Assembly (NCBI GenBank): GCA_963697645.1
Contig: CAVOOU010000028.1
Location: forward strand, 149,340 to 213,339
Length of the DNA stretch: 64,000 nucleotides
From: an uncultured Acidobacteriota bacterium
GTDB lineage: Bacteria > Acidobacteriota > Terriglobia > Acidiferrales > UBA7541
Direction of reading: 5' to 3'
The notes under the pieces are model-generated. The model was not told where the DNA came from, made no database searches, and saw nothing but the letters and a program-made list of their open reading frames with translations. Shown piece after piece: positions 55,791 to 64,000 of this stretch (its first letter is position 1; the number at the start of each line of letters is the position of its first letter). The translations under genes were made by a program, and so were the position numbers.

Positions 55791-57053
55791 ATGAATCCCT
55801 GGCGCGGCCTGAAAGATTTGCCCCGCGAAGTCTGGCTGCTCTCCGCCGCCACGCTCGTAAACCGCGCCGGCACGATGGTCCTGCCGTTCCTCGTTCTCTA
55901 TCTCACGCGCACGCTCGGAATCACGCCAGCTCACGCCGCCCTCTCGCTGACTGTCTACGGAATCGCCGCCCTCATCACGATGCCAATCGCTGGACGTCTC
56001 ACCGATATCGTCGGGCCCATCGCTGTAATTAAAACGTCGCTATTTCTGTCCGGTGTCCTGCTATTTCTTTTTCCTCTCGCACACAGCTTCCCCACAATCC
56101 TCGCCATCACATTCCTCTTCGCCATCCTGAACGAATCCGTCCGCCCGCCCAGCCTCTCCATGATTTCCGATCTCGTTCAACCGCCGCAGCGCAAGGCAGC
56201 TTTCGCCCTCAGCCGCCTCGCAGTGAATCTGGGAATGAGCGTAGGCCCGGCAATCGGTGGTGTTCTCGCGCTGATTTCATTTCGCTGGCTATTTTTCGTG
56301 GATGGCGCCACTTCGATTCTCGCCGGAGTAGTAATCGCCATGGCCCGGTGGGATTCGGCTCGCCTGAAACCTTCTCACGATCCCGACTGGTCAGATCCCG
56401 AAGAATTAGGCCGCGAGATCGAAGCCGATTCCGTGGTCCCGCTCGCCGCCGCGCATCCCGCCCAGGATCTCCGCGCGTCTCGCAACCCCCGCATGCTTTA
56501 CTTCCTCGCGGCGATGATTCCGGCCCAGCTTGTCTTTTTCCAACTCACCTCTTCGCTTCCGCTTTTCCTCGTGCGCAATCTGCGCCTGCCCGAATCGCTC
56601 TACGGCACCGTGTTCACGCTGAACACCTTGCTGATCGTCGCGCTCGAGGTTCCGCTCAACACCGCCATGGCCCACTGGTCGCACCGCCGCACACTCACGC
56701 TCGGCGCTCTCCTCTACGCGATCGGCTTCGGCTCCTTCGCTTTTGTCACGCGCCCCGCACAAATCTTCGCCGCCGTCGTCATCTGGACCTTCGGCGAAAT
56801 GATTCTCCTGCCGGGAAGTTCCGCCTACGCCGCCGAAATCGCCCCACCAGGACGCCGCGGCGAGTACATGGGCCTCTACACAATGTCGTTTAGCATCGCA
56901 TTCTCGCTAGGCCCAATCCTCGGCGCAGAGCTCCTACAGCACCGAGGCCCGCACGGCCTCTGGGGAGTAGCCTTCGTCTCAGGCTGCATTTCAGCCCTGA
57001 TGATGAGCCGCATCGGCACGAAGGACACCAAGCGCGAAGCTGCCGCCGCGTAG
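55791..57053 (+). CDS. MFS transporter
   Basis: About 12 TM helices and the MFS signature region GRLTDIVGP. Confidence 0.85.
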   Translation: MNPWRGLKDLPREVWLLSAATLVNRAGTMVLPFLVLYLTRTLGITPAHAALSLTVYGIAALITMPIAGRLTDIVGPIAVIKTSLFLSGVLLFLFPLAHSFPTILAITFLFAILNESVRPPSLSMISDLVQPPQRKAAFALSRLAVNLGMSVGPAIGGVLALISFRWLFFVDGATSILAGVVIAMARWDSARLKPSHDPDWSDPEELGREIEADSVVPLAAAHPAQDLRASRNPRMLYFLAAMIPAQLVFFQLTSSLPLFLVRNLRLPESLYGTVFTLNTLLIVALEVPLNTAMAHWSHRRTLTLGALLYAIGFGSFAFVTRPAQIFAAVVIWTFGEMILLPGSSAYAAEIAPPGRRGEYMGLYTMSFSIAFSLGPILGAELLQHRGPHGLWGVAFVSGCISALMMSRIGTKDTKREAAAA

Positions 57054-57075
57054 ACCTTCGTCAGGGGTGTTTTCA

Positions 57076-57272
57076 CAGTAGGGGCACGGCATGCCGTGCC
57101 CGAATGACAAATCGACTCGGTTTATCCGCTGGGCAACATACGAAGAGGAGAGGGTTTGTCATCCCGAAGCGAGGCGAGGGATCTGCTTTGGCATTTCGGC
57201 GGTGTTCGTCAGGGCACGACTTCAGTCGTGCCGAAATGTAGGGCGGGTCAGGGGTTTCAACCCCTGAGGGAT
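57076..57272. repeat. mixed repeat cluster (REP hairpins plus a core GTCATCC element at 57158-57187)
   Basis: CAGTAGGGGCACGGCATGCCGTGCCC; GTCATCCCGAAGCGAGGCGAGGGATCTGC; GTCAGGGCACGACTTCAGTCGTGCCGAAA; GTAGGGCGGGTCAGGGGTTTCAACCCCTGAGGG. Confidence 0.8.
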
Positions 57273-57275
57273 GTT

Positions 57276-58289
57276 TCAATGAATCGAATTCAAAAATTCC
57301 TGCGCAAGACTCCGCACATGCGCCGGGCACGCATCGCAATTCGCGCACCCAGCACAACAATCACTCGCCGTAGCCACCGACGGCAGTTTCAGCACCGCAT
57401 TAAAATACTCAGCCGCCTTCGCATTCCGCCCCAACTCCACATTCAAATTGCCGACCAGCAGCAGAAAAATCGGATTCTGCGGATAGCGCGTGGCAAGCGG
57501 CTCCGCTACGTCCAGCGCCTCCTGATATTGCTGCTCGTACGTCCGATAATTCCGCGCCAGATAAAATCGCGCATCCACGGCCAGCAGCACACCGTGATCG
57601 ACGCCCACTCGAATCTGCCGCAATCCTTCCTGCTTGTTACCGCCGGGAATCCCCATAAAAAAACGCAGAAATTTCACGATGGGGGAAAGCGTGTCCACAT
57701 AATAGTTATAAAATCCGATTCCTACTGACGCGTCCGCATTGTCAGGATCAAGCTCGAGCGCCCGCAGAAATTCCGTGCGCGCCGCCACACCGTTGTGCGC
57801 CGCAGTTCTATTCTCATTTCGCAAACCGTAAAGCCGCGTCTTCAGCGCGTAACCGATCCCCGCGTAAAGATGATTTTCCGATGTGTCATCCTTGGCAATC
57901 CGCGCTTGCGCCAGCTGAATCGCGCGATCGGCGAGCGCAAAATAAGAATCATCCCCGGGCCTCTTCCCGCGCTTCTGCGAATCCATCATTCCCCATTTGA
58001 TTTCTGCCGCGTCGCAGAACATCTTCCACCAGCGCGCTTCCGCTTCGATCGTGTACGGCAACGGATCGTCGGGATGCGCGCCCTCATAGGTATGCAGCAT
58101 CGCGATCGCGCCGTCCGGATCGCCGCCATACATTTTCTCGATCGCTTGGGCCGCTTCCGGGGGGAGTTGCACGCGTCCCGCTTGAGCCGTTTCCGTGGCC
58201 AAACCAAAAAGAAAAGCGCAGGCCGCAAAGCCGCCAAGTAAGCGGCTATAAGCAAAATTCCGCGAAGCTGTATCGCGCCCAGGATTCAT
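57276..58289 (-). CDS. secreted helical-repeat (TPR-like) protein
   Basis: Signal peptide LLGGFAACAFLFGLATETAQA and helical-repeat composition. Its ATG overlaps the upstream stop (ATGA). Confidence 0.6.
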   Translation of the reverse strand: MNPGRDTASRNFAYSRLLGGFAACAFLFGLATETAQAGRVQLPPEAAQAIEKMYGGDPDGAIAMLHTYEGAHPDDPLPYTIEAEARWWKMFCDAAEIKWGMMDSQKRGKRPGDDSYFALADRAIQLAQARIAKDDTSENHLYAGIGYALKTRLYGLRNENRTAAHNGVAARTEFLRALELDPDNADASVGIGFYNYYVDTLSPIVKFLRFFMGIPGGNKQEGLRQIRVGVDHGVLLAVDARFYLARNYRTYEQQYQEALDVAEPLATRYPQNPIFLLLVGNLNVELGRNAKAAEYFNAVLKLPSVATASDCCAGCANCDACPAHVRSLAQEFLNSIH

Positions 58290-59203
58290 TTGATTCGTTT
58301 CACCCAGCCCAGAACCCACGCTGCACTAACGTACATGGTGAAGCACTCCAGCGCAAAGGGCAGAAATCCCAGGTAACCCGGAACCGGCATCTCAAAGATT
58401 TTCATGCTTTGAAACATCGGAAACGTGTAATGCCATTTCGCCGCCGCCCAGTAGTTCCAGAATTCCCACAGCCACCCGCAAATGAACCCGGCACCCAGAA
58501 AACCATAAAAACGCCGTCTGAATCCTTCCGACAGATCGCCAAGAAACGACGGAAGCCCGATCCTTTGATTGATCGGATCGAGCAACAGCAAAAACCCCAC
58601 CCACACCAGCGCAAAAAGACGCGCGGCAATCGCCCGAGGCGTCACCAACGGAATGATCAAGCACGCCGCGCCGCAAATCATCAGTGCGGTTTCCAATCGC
58701 CGCGAAACTTTCCACGGCTCGCCGCCCACAGTTGGCAGCATCGCCTGCACCAGGTCGGAAGTTTCGAATATCGCCGGCGTGATCGTCGCGAACGACCATC
58801 CATAACCGATCATCGCCGCCGCCCACGACAAAGGCACGCCCACATACGCCCAATTTTCAAGCCGCAAGTTGTAAGCCTCGAAGATCAGCCAGAGAGGAAT
58901 CGAAAGCAGCGCCATACGCACAAGCGAAAGCGGCGCATCGTTCAAGCGCGACCGGCCAGTGATGGCAAACGTCGCCGCATCGGCAATGAGGATGTAAGCA
59001 CTCCACGCAATCGGCGTGAAATAAGTGGCGACGGGCTCTACATGGTGAAAAAGCAGACCACTCAGCCCCAGCCAACGCAACGAATCCCAGCCATCCGTGC
59101 GCGGGAAAGTCTCCGCCGCCGCCGCACACGAAAATACCCCAGCACCAACCCCGCAACAATCGCCGCTATGATCCCAATTCCAAGCGTCACCATGCTCCGT
59201 CAT
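58286..59203 (-). CDS. polytopic membrane protein of unknown function
   Basis: About 8 TM helices and Trp-rich loops (FICGWLWEFWNYWAAAKWHY). The N-terminus is uncertain: an ATG at 59193 in another frame gives a better TM start (MVTLGIGIIAAIVAGLVLGYF), which suggests one more indel near 59130. Confidence 0.6.
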   Translation of the reverse strand: MTEHGDAWNWDHSGDCCGVGAGVFSCAAAAETFPRTDGWDSLRWLGLSGLLFHHVEPVATYFTPIAWSAYILIADAATFAITGRSRLNDAPLSLVRMALLSIPLWLIFEAYNLRLENWAYVGVPLSWAAAMIGYGWSFATITPAIFETSDLVQAMLPTVGGEPWKVSRRLETALMICGAACLIIPLVTPRAIAARLFALVWVGFLLLLDPINQRIGLPSFLGDLSEGFRRRFYGFLGAGFICGWLWEFWNYWAAAKWHYTFPMFQSMKIFEMPVPGYLGFLPFALECFTMYVSAAWVLGWVKRIK

Positions 59204-59228
59204 CGTAACGCAGATAACCTGCATCAGT

Positions 59229-59433
59229 GGTACAGGCACTCTTGTCTGTGCTCTTACGAGCGTAAACCAGCTATCAGCAGAATCCTGGGACCCTCAAGCG
59301 TTCTTTTTCTCCACCCGCGTAACCAACAGCACAACCCAGCCACACAAGCTACGCGTGTCATCCTGAGCGGAGGCCCGCGCGCCTTTTCTTTCCATCGCGA
59401 AGCGATGGCGCGGGTCGCAGTCGAAGGATCTGC
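59229..59433 (+). repeat. composite repeat: ACAGGCACTCTTGTCTGTGCTCTTACGA module plus medium GTCATCC-family element (59357-59433)
   Basis: Same module order as 42514-42733. Confidence 0.75.
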
Positions 59434-59519
59434 AGTTCTTTTTCCGCCACTTTACCTCCAGCCCCGCAGCCCTTTCTTGCTATGCTTTCCGTTCTTTTGC
59501 AGCACCGCATCGCCACGAA

Positions 59520-60919
59520 ATGACCGAACCCGAAAAACTCGAACGCGGCCTCGGCCTCCTCGAAGCCACCTCCCTCAACATGACGTTCATGATCGGCATC
59601 GGCCCATTCGTCGTCATCCCTTTCATCATTCGCGCCATGAACGGCCCGCAATGCATCCTCGCCTGGGTCGTCGGCGCCGCCCTCGCGCTCGTTGACGGCT
59701 GCGTCTGGGCCGAACTCGGCGCCGCAATGCCGCAAGCCGGCGGCAGCTACGTTTTTCTGCGCGAAGCCTACGGACCGAATCGCTTCGGCCGCCTCATGTC
59801 GTTCCTCTTCATCTGGCAAACTCTGTTTCAAGGCCCGCTCAGCATTTCCTCCGGCGCGCTGGGGTTCGCGGACTATTCGCTCTATCTCACCGCAAAAATG
59901 GCAGCCGTAAACGCTTGGCTCGGCGCACACCCGCGCCAATTCATGTTCGCGCTCGCAAACTACAATCGCCTCGTCGCGATCCTCCTTATCGCGGTCGCCA
60001 TCGTGCTGCTCTACCGCCGCATCACCGCCATCGGAAAAATCTCCACGATTCTCTGGATCATCGCCGCGGCCACGATCGCCTGGCTCATCTACGGCGGAGC
60101 AACGCACTTCCACAAAGACCTCGTCTTCACCTACCCCGCCGGCGCCTGGAGCTTTTCCTGGATTTTCTTCGCCGGCCTCGGCCACGCCTCAGTGCAAGCA
60201 ATCTACAGCTACCTCGGCTACTACAACGTCTGCAACCTCGGCGGCGAAATGAAAAATCCCGAGCGCAATATCCCGCGCGCGATTTTTCTTTCGATTTTTG
60301 GCATCGCCGCGCTCTACTTCGCGCTGCAAACGTGCATTCTCGCCGTCGTCCCCTGGCAGGAAGCCCAGAAATCGCCCTACGTCGTCAGCCTCTTCGTCGA
60401 ACGCACCTTCGGCCCGCACTGGGCCTCGCTCGCCACCGCGCTGATTCTCGTCACCGCGTTCGGCTCCGTCTTCTCCGCCACGCTCGGCTATTCGCGCGTG
60501 CCCTACGCCGCCGCCCTCGACGGCAATTTCTTTTCAATCTTCGCCCGCGTGCATCCCACCAAGCGCTTCCCCAACGTCTCACTCATCGCCCTGGGCCTCG
60601 CCTCGATTTTCGTCTGTATCTTCATTGGCCTCTTTTCCGTCATACGCTCCATCCTCGCGATGCGCTGCCTCATCCAATTTGTGGCCCAGGCAGTAGGCTT
60701 GATGAGGCTGCATCGCGATGGAAGGAGGACCGCTGGCCCTTTCACATGTGGCTCTATCCGGTGCCAGTGTTTCTTTCGATCGCAGGCTGGATCGCAATTT
60801 TTATTTCCACAGGGCGCCGTCCGATGCTCGCTTCAATAGCAGCGATGCTCGCCGGAATTCTCGTCTACTTCACCCGCGCCCGCCTGCTCCACCAATGGCC
60901 ATTCGAGGAGGCTGTTTAA
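59520..60919 (+). CDS. APC-superfamily amino acid permease; 1-nt deletion near 60715
   Basis: LNMTFMIGIGPFV.., 12 TM helices. ORF 59520-60839 joins the frame ending at 60919 at ..GLMRLHR|RWKEDRWPFHMWLYPVPVFLSIAGW... Confidence 0.85.
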
Positions 60920-63732
60920 TGGATCCACGCAGCAAAATTTCGACAGTAGGGGCGGGTCTCAGACCCGCCCGCTGCCGCCGCGCCGCGTCCTCTCCACCCT
61001 CGCCGGCTTTTTTGACTTTTTCTCAAGGTGGGAGCCCTCTGCATCAGCAGGGGGAGCTGGACTTCAGTCCAGCGAAAAAACGCTGCCTAACAGGAAAGGG
61101 CTTCAGCCCCGGGATTTTCCGCACCCGCATTCTCAGAACCGTCCTGTCCCTGATCACGCTAGCCACAACGATCACCGTCTCCACCTCCGCCCAATCCCTC
61201 CCTGAAACCGTCGAGGCCATCGACAAAGCCCGCGTCACCACCCGCATCCTTTTCATCACCGCGCACCCCGACGACGAATGGGCCAGCCTGCTCACCTACC
61301 TCTCGCGCGGACTCAACGCCGACGTCGCCCTTCTCACCATCACCCGCGGCCAGGGCGGACAAAATGCCATCGGCCCCGAACAGGGCGCCGAACTCGGCGT
61401 CATCCGCACCGAAGAACTCCTCGCCGCCGATAAACATTACGGCGTCCGCCAATTTTTCACCCGCGCCATGGACACGGGTTACGTAAAGACGCCCGAGCAA
61501 GCCCAAAAAATCTGGGGCGGCGTCGCGCTCGAAGACATGGTCCGCGTGATCCGCACGTTCCGCCCGCAAGTCGTCATCAACGGCTGGGCCGGCGTTCACG
61601 GCGGCCACGGGCATCATCAGGAAAGCGGAATTCTCACTCCGCAAGCCATCGCCGCAGCCGCCGATCCCAAAATGTTTCCTGAGCAGATTGCCGAAGGCCT
61701 GCCCGCCTGGAAAGTAACGCTCGACCTGCGACCCGCGCGCGACCCCAATGTCGCCGGCGCCGTGCCGCTTCCCATCAACGACGTTTCGCCGCTCTGGGGC
61801 AAGAGCTACGTCGACATGGGCATGGAAGGCCACGCGCAACATCGCTCGCAAGGCACCCCATCATTCTTCGGCAATCCGTTTTTCCGCCGCCCGGTTTCTC
61901 TGGTGCGCGAAAACGAAAAGGGCGATCCCGCAGGCTCATTCGACGCAAAACTTCTCGCGGAGCCTTTGGGATCGCTCGCAGAAACATTTCCGTCGTATCG
62001 CGAGATGCTGGCGCCGTCGCTGAACCAAACATCCGCGCATCTCGAAGCGGCGCGTAGCGCAGCACTCGCACTGCACCGTTCCGACGCGGCCAAAGATCTC
62101 GCAGAAGCGGCAAAGGAAATCGCGAAGCTGCGCGAGCAAGTCTCGAAGCAAAACGAGAACGGAAGCGCTCAGCTTCTTTGGGAACTCGAACGCGAGACTG
62201 AGAAAATCGATCTCGCGCTGAACGACGATATTGCCCTGCCCATGATTGTCGAAGCCGATCGCCACGAGCTTGTCGCGGGCGAAGAATTCTCGGTAGATGT
62301 CAGCTTTCTGGGAAAGCCGGCCGTACCGGTGAAATACACGGTGGACGCATCCAGCCTTCTGGTACCCAAGGGATGGAACGTTACGATCGACAAGAGCGCG
62401 GGCGACAAAGGTGAGAGCGACAAAAATTACAAATTCAAAGTCGAGATTCCAGCTCGCGCCACGCCTCCGAGCTCACCTGGCGACGCGATTCTTCCCTACC
62501 CGCCGCCGCTGGTGAGCATCGCGCCAAAAATAGAAATCGACGGCTACTCATTCGCTTTCGCGCAAACGGTCGAATCCCTGAAAGCCACCACCACCGGTAT
62601 CGATACGTATCCGCTCGAACTCGTCCCCGCCGTCACGCTCACTCCTGATCCCCAGCAAATCATGGTGCCCGCCGAGCGCGCCTCGCAACCGCTCACGCTG
62701 CTCACGCGCGTCCGCTACCATGGAACGAAACCGGCAAAGGTTCGCGTCGGCGTTGACGTGCCCAAAGGCTGGCAACTTCAACCGGTAGCGCCACTCGATT
62801 TTTCCGGCCCCGGCGATCAATTGATTCGCTTCAGCGTCACTCCCGCGGCCAACGTCGCACCCGGCGCGTATCCGCTGCATCCCTTCGCCCAGCTCGACGG
62901 CCAAAAATTCACCACCTCGCTCGAACCAATTCCCTCGCTGCCCACGCGCGATTGGAGCGAGCCCGCCGACGTCACCGTCCACGTCCTGAATCTCATGGTG
63001 CCAGCGCACCTGCGCATCGGCTACATCGCCGCGAGCAACGATCCGATTCCCGACACGCTCCGCCAAATCGGCATTCAAGTGGATCTGCTCGATGAAGTCG
63101 CGCTCGCGTTCGAAGATCTCAGCCGCTACGACGCGATCGTCGTCGGCATCCGCGCTTACGATTTGCGTCCCGATCTGATGCGCTCGAATCGCCGTCTGCT
63201 CGATTACGTCCAGCAGGGCGGCTCGCTCGTCGTCCAATATCAACGCGATCCGCAATGGGTTTCCGCGATGCCTTACACTGCGACGATGCCCGCCCAGACC
63301 TCGCGCGTCACCGACGCGAATTCTCCCGTGCACTTCCTCGCCCCCGATAATCCGCTGCTCAACTCGCCCAACAAAATCACGCTCGCCGATTTCGAAGGCT
63401 GGGACCAGGAGCGCGGCCTCTATTTCCTCGGCACATTCGATTCGCACTATCAACCGGTGCTCGGCCTCACCGATCCGGGCGAGCCGGAAACAAACGGCTC
63501 CCTCGTCTACGCCCACTACGGCAAAGGCGTCTACATCTACACAGGCCTCTCATTTTTCCGCGAGCTACCAGCAGGCGTACCAGGCGCCTACCGCCTGTTC
63601 GTCAATTTGCTGAGCCAGACTCAGCACGGCCCAAGCCCACGACTAAGTTCCAGCCGCTGCTCTCGCCCTCGGCTTTGCCGTGGCCTTCGATTTTGCCTTT
63701 GTAGCGCCAGTCTTCAGACTGGCAGGGGTTAA
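60919..63732 (+). CDS. PIG-L/LmbE-family deacetylase with large C-terminal extension
   Basis: ILFITAHPDDE.., TRGQGGQN, HGHHQESG. The signal-like segment TVLSLITLATTITVSTSAQS begins only at about 61140. The first ~60 codons after the ATG at 60919 are read through REP hairpins, so the true start is uncertain. Confidence 0.8.
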   Translation: MDPRSKISTVGAGLRPARCRRAASSPPSPAFLTFSQGGSPLHQQGELDFSPAKKRCLTGKGFSPGIFRTRILRTVLSLITLATTITVSTSAQSLPETVEAIDKARVTTRILFITAHPDDEWASLLTYLSRGLNADVALLTITRGQGGQNAIGPEQGAELGVIRTEELLAADKHYGVRQFFTRAMDTGYVKTPEQAQKIWGGVALEDMVRVIRTFRPQVVINGWAGVHGGHGHHQESGILTPQAIAAAADPKMFPEQIAEGLPAWKVTLDLRPARDPNVAGAVPLPINDVSPLWGKSYVDMGMEGHAQHRSQGTPSFFGNPFFRRPVSLVRENEKGDPAGSFDAKLLAEPLGSLAETFPSYREMLAPSLNQTSAHLEAARSAALALHRSDAAKDLAEAAKEIAKLREQVSKQNENGSAQLLWELERETEKIDLALNDDIALPMIVEADRHELVAGEEFSVDVSFLGKPAVPVKYTVDASSLLVPKGWNVTIDKSAGDKGESDKNYKFKVEIPARATPPSSPGDAILPYPPPLVSIAPKIEIDGYSFAFAQTVESLKATTTGIDTYPLELVPAVTLTPDPQQIMVPAERASQPLTLLTRVRYHGTKPAKVRVGVDVPKGWQLQPVAPLDFSGPGDQLIRFSVTPAANVAPGAYPLHPFAQLDGQKFTTSLEPIPSLPTRDWSEPADVTVHVLNLMVPAHLRIGYIAASNDPIPDTLRQIGIQVDLLDEVALAFEDLSRYDAIVVGIRAYDLRPDLMRSNRRLLDYVQQGGSLVVQYQRDPQWVSAMPYTATMPAQTSRVTDANSPVHFLAPDNPLLNSPNKITLADFEGWDQERGLYFLGTFDSHYQPVLGLTDPGEPETNGSLVYAHYGKGVYIYTGLSFFRELPAGVPGAYRLFVNLLSQTQHGPSPRLSSSRCSRPRLCRGLRFCLCSASLQTGRG
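60944..61110. repeat. REP-like hairpins inside the 5' end of the PIG-L ORF
   Basis: CAGTAGGGGCGGGTCTCAGACCCGCCC; CTGGACTTCAGTCCAG; GGGCTTCAGCCCC; plus GCCGGCTTTTTTGACTTTTTCT. Confidence 0.65.
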
Positions 63733-64000
63733 TGTTGACGTTTGGTTTGTAGCGTTCTGCAGCGACAGGTCTCTGGTCCGGCAGGGGTCGATGTTGCCCG
63801 TTGCACGGCCGTCCTTCAGCGTCGTGCAAGGATCTGGTTTACGTCAGGGCACGACTTTAGTCGTGCCGTAACGGATGCAATACGAATGCGGCTTCAGCCG
63901 CTGAGGTGCGACGCACTTCTTTCGGCAACCGTGCCGCGCCGAGTCTTTGTAGGTCGCCCCTTCAGGGGCGACATTAACGGTGCCTACTGAGCGGGGCTTT
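63699..64000. repeat. array of >=5 REP-like hairpin units
   Basis: TTTGTAGCGCCAGTCTTCAGACTGGCAGGGGTTAATGTTG; TTTGTAGCG..GGCAGGGGTCGATGTTG; GTCAGGGCACGACTTTAGTCGTGCCG; ATGCGGCTTCAGCCGCTGAGG; GTAGGTCGCCCCTTCAGGGGCGAC. Confidence 0.8.

Noticed and set aside
63699-64000. Possible CRISPR array. The same question applies to 9644-9750 and 57076-57272.
   Set aside because: The units are different palindromic hairpins of unequal length and irregular spacing. There are no constant repeat/variable spacer periodicity, no leader and no cas genes.

Overview
GC-rich bacterial chromosome segment centred on the replication-origin gene set dnaA-dnaN-gyrB-gyrA (6.3-15.3 kb). It is flanked by envelope and transport genes. 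The second half holds a minus-strand purine-biosynthesis block (purN, purM, purF, purL, purQ) interleaved with tyrS, lepB, glmU, lpxC and lipA. The family content points to Acidobacteriota (inference): a VWFA-related acidobacterial-type protein, a duplicated FtsX/MacB 'ADOP' permease, TonB-dependent receptors with a carboxypeptidase-regulatory-like N-terminus, and a pilin-like protein. I saw no rRNA, tRNA, CRISPR array, transposase, integrase, prophage or recognisable defence module. Two things stand out. (1) Intergenic DNA is saturated with short palindromic repeats. One family (GTCATCC...GGATCTCTCTTC) occurs in three nested size classes and sits twice, in frame, inside purL. (2) About two dozen single-nucleotide indels break otherwise well-conserved, mostly essential genes (gyrB, gyrA, purL, glmU, lepB and others). 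I read these as assembly or sequencing error rather than biology, with the heavily damaged tonB-like gene as a possible exception. I did not find a convincing novel multi-gene system; the window is mostly housekeeping. All frameshift positions and domain calls come from reading the translations, not from database searches.
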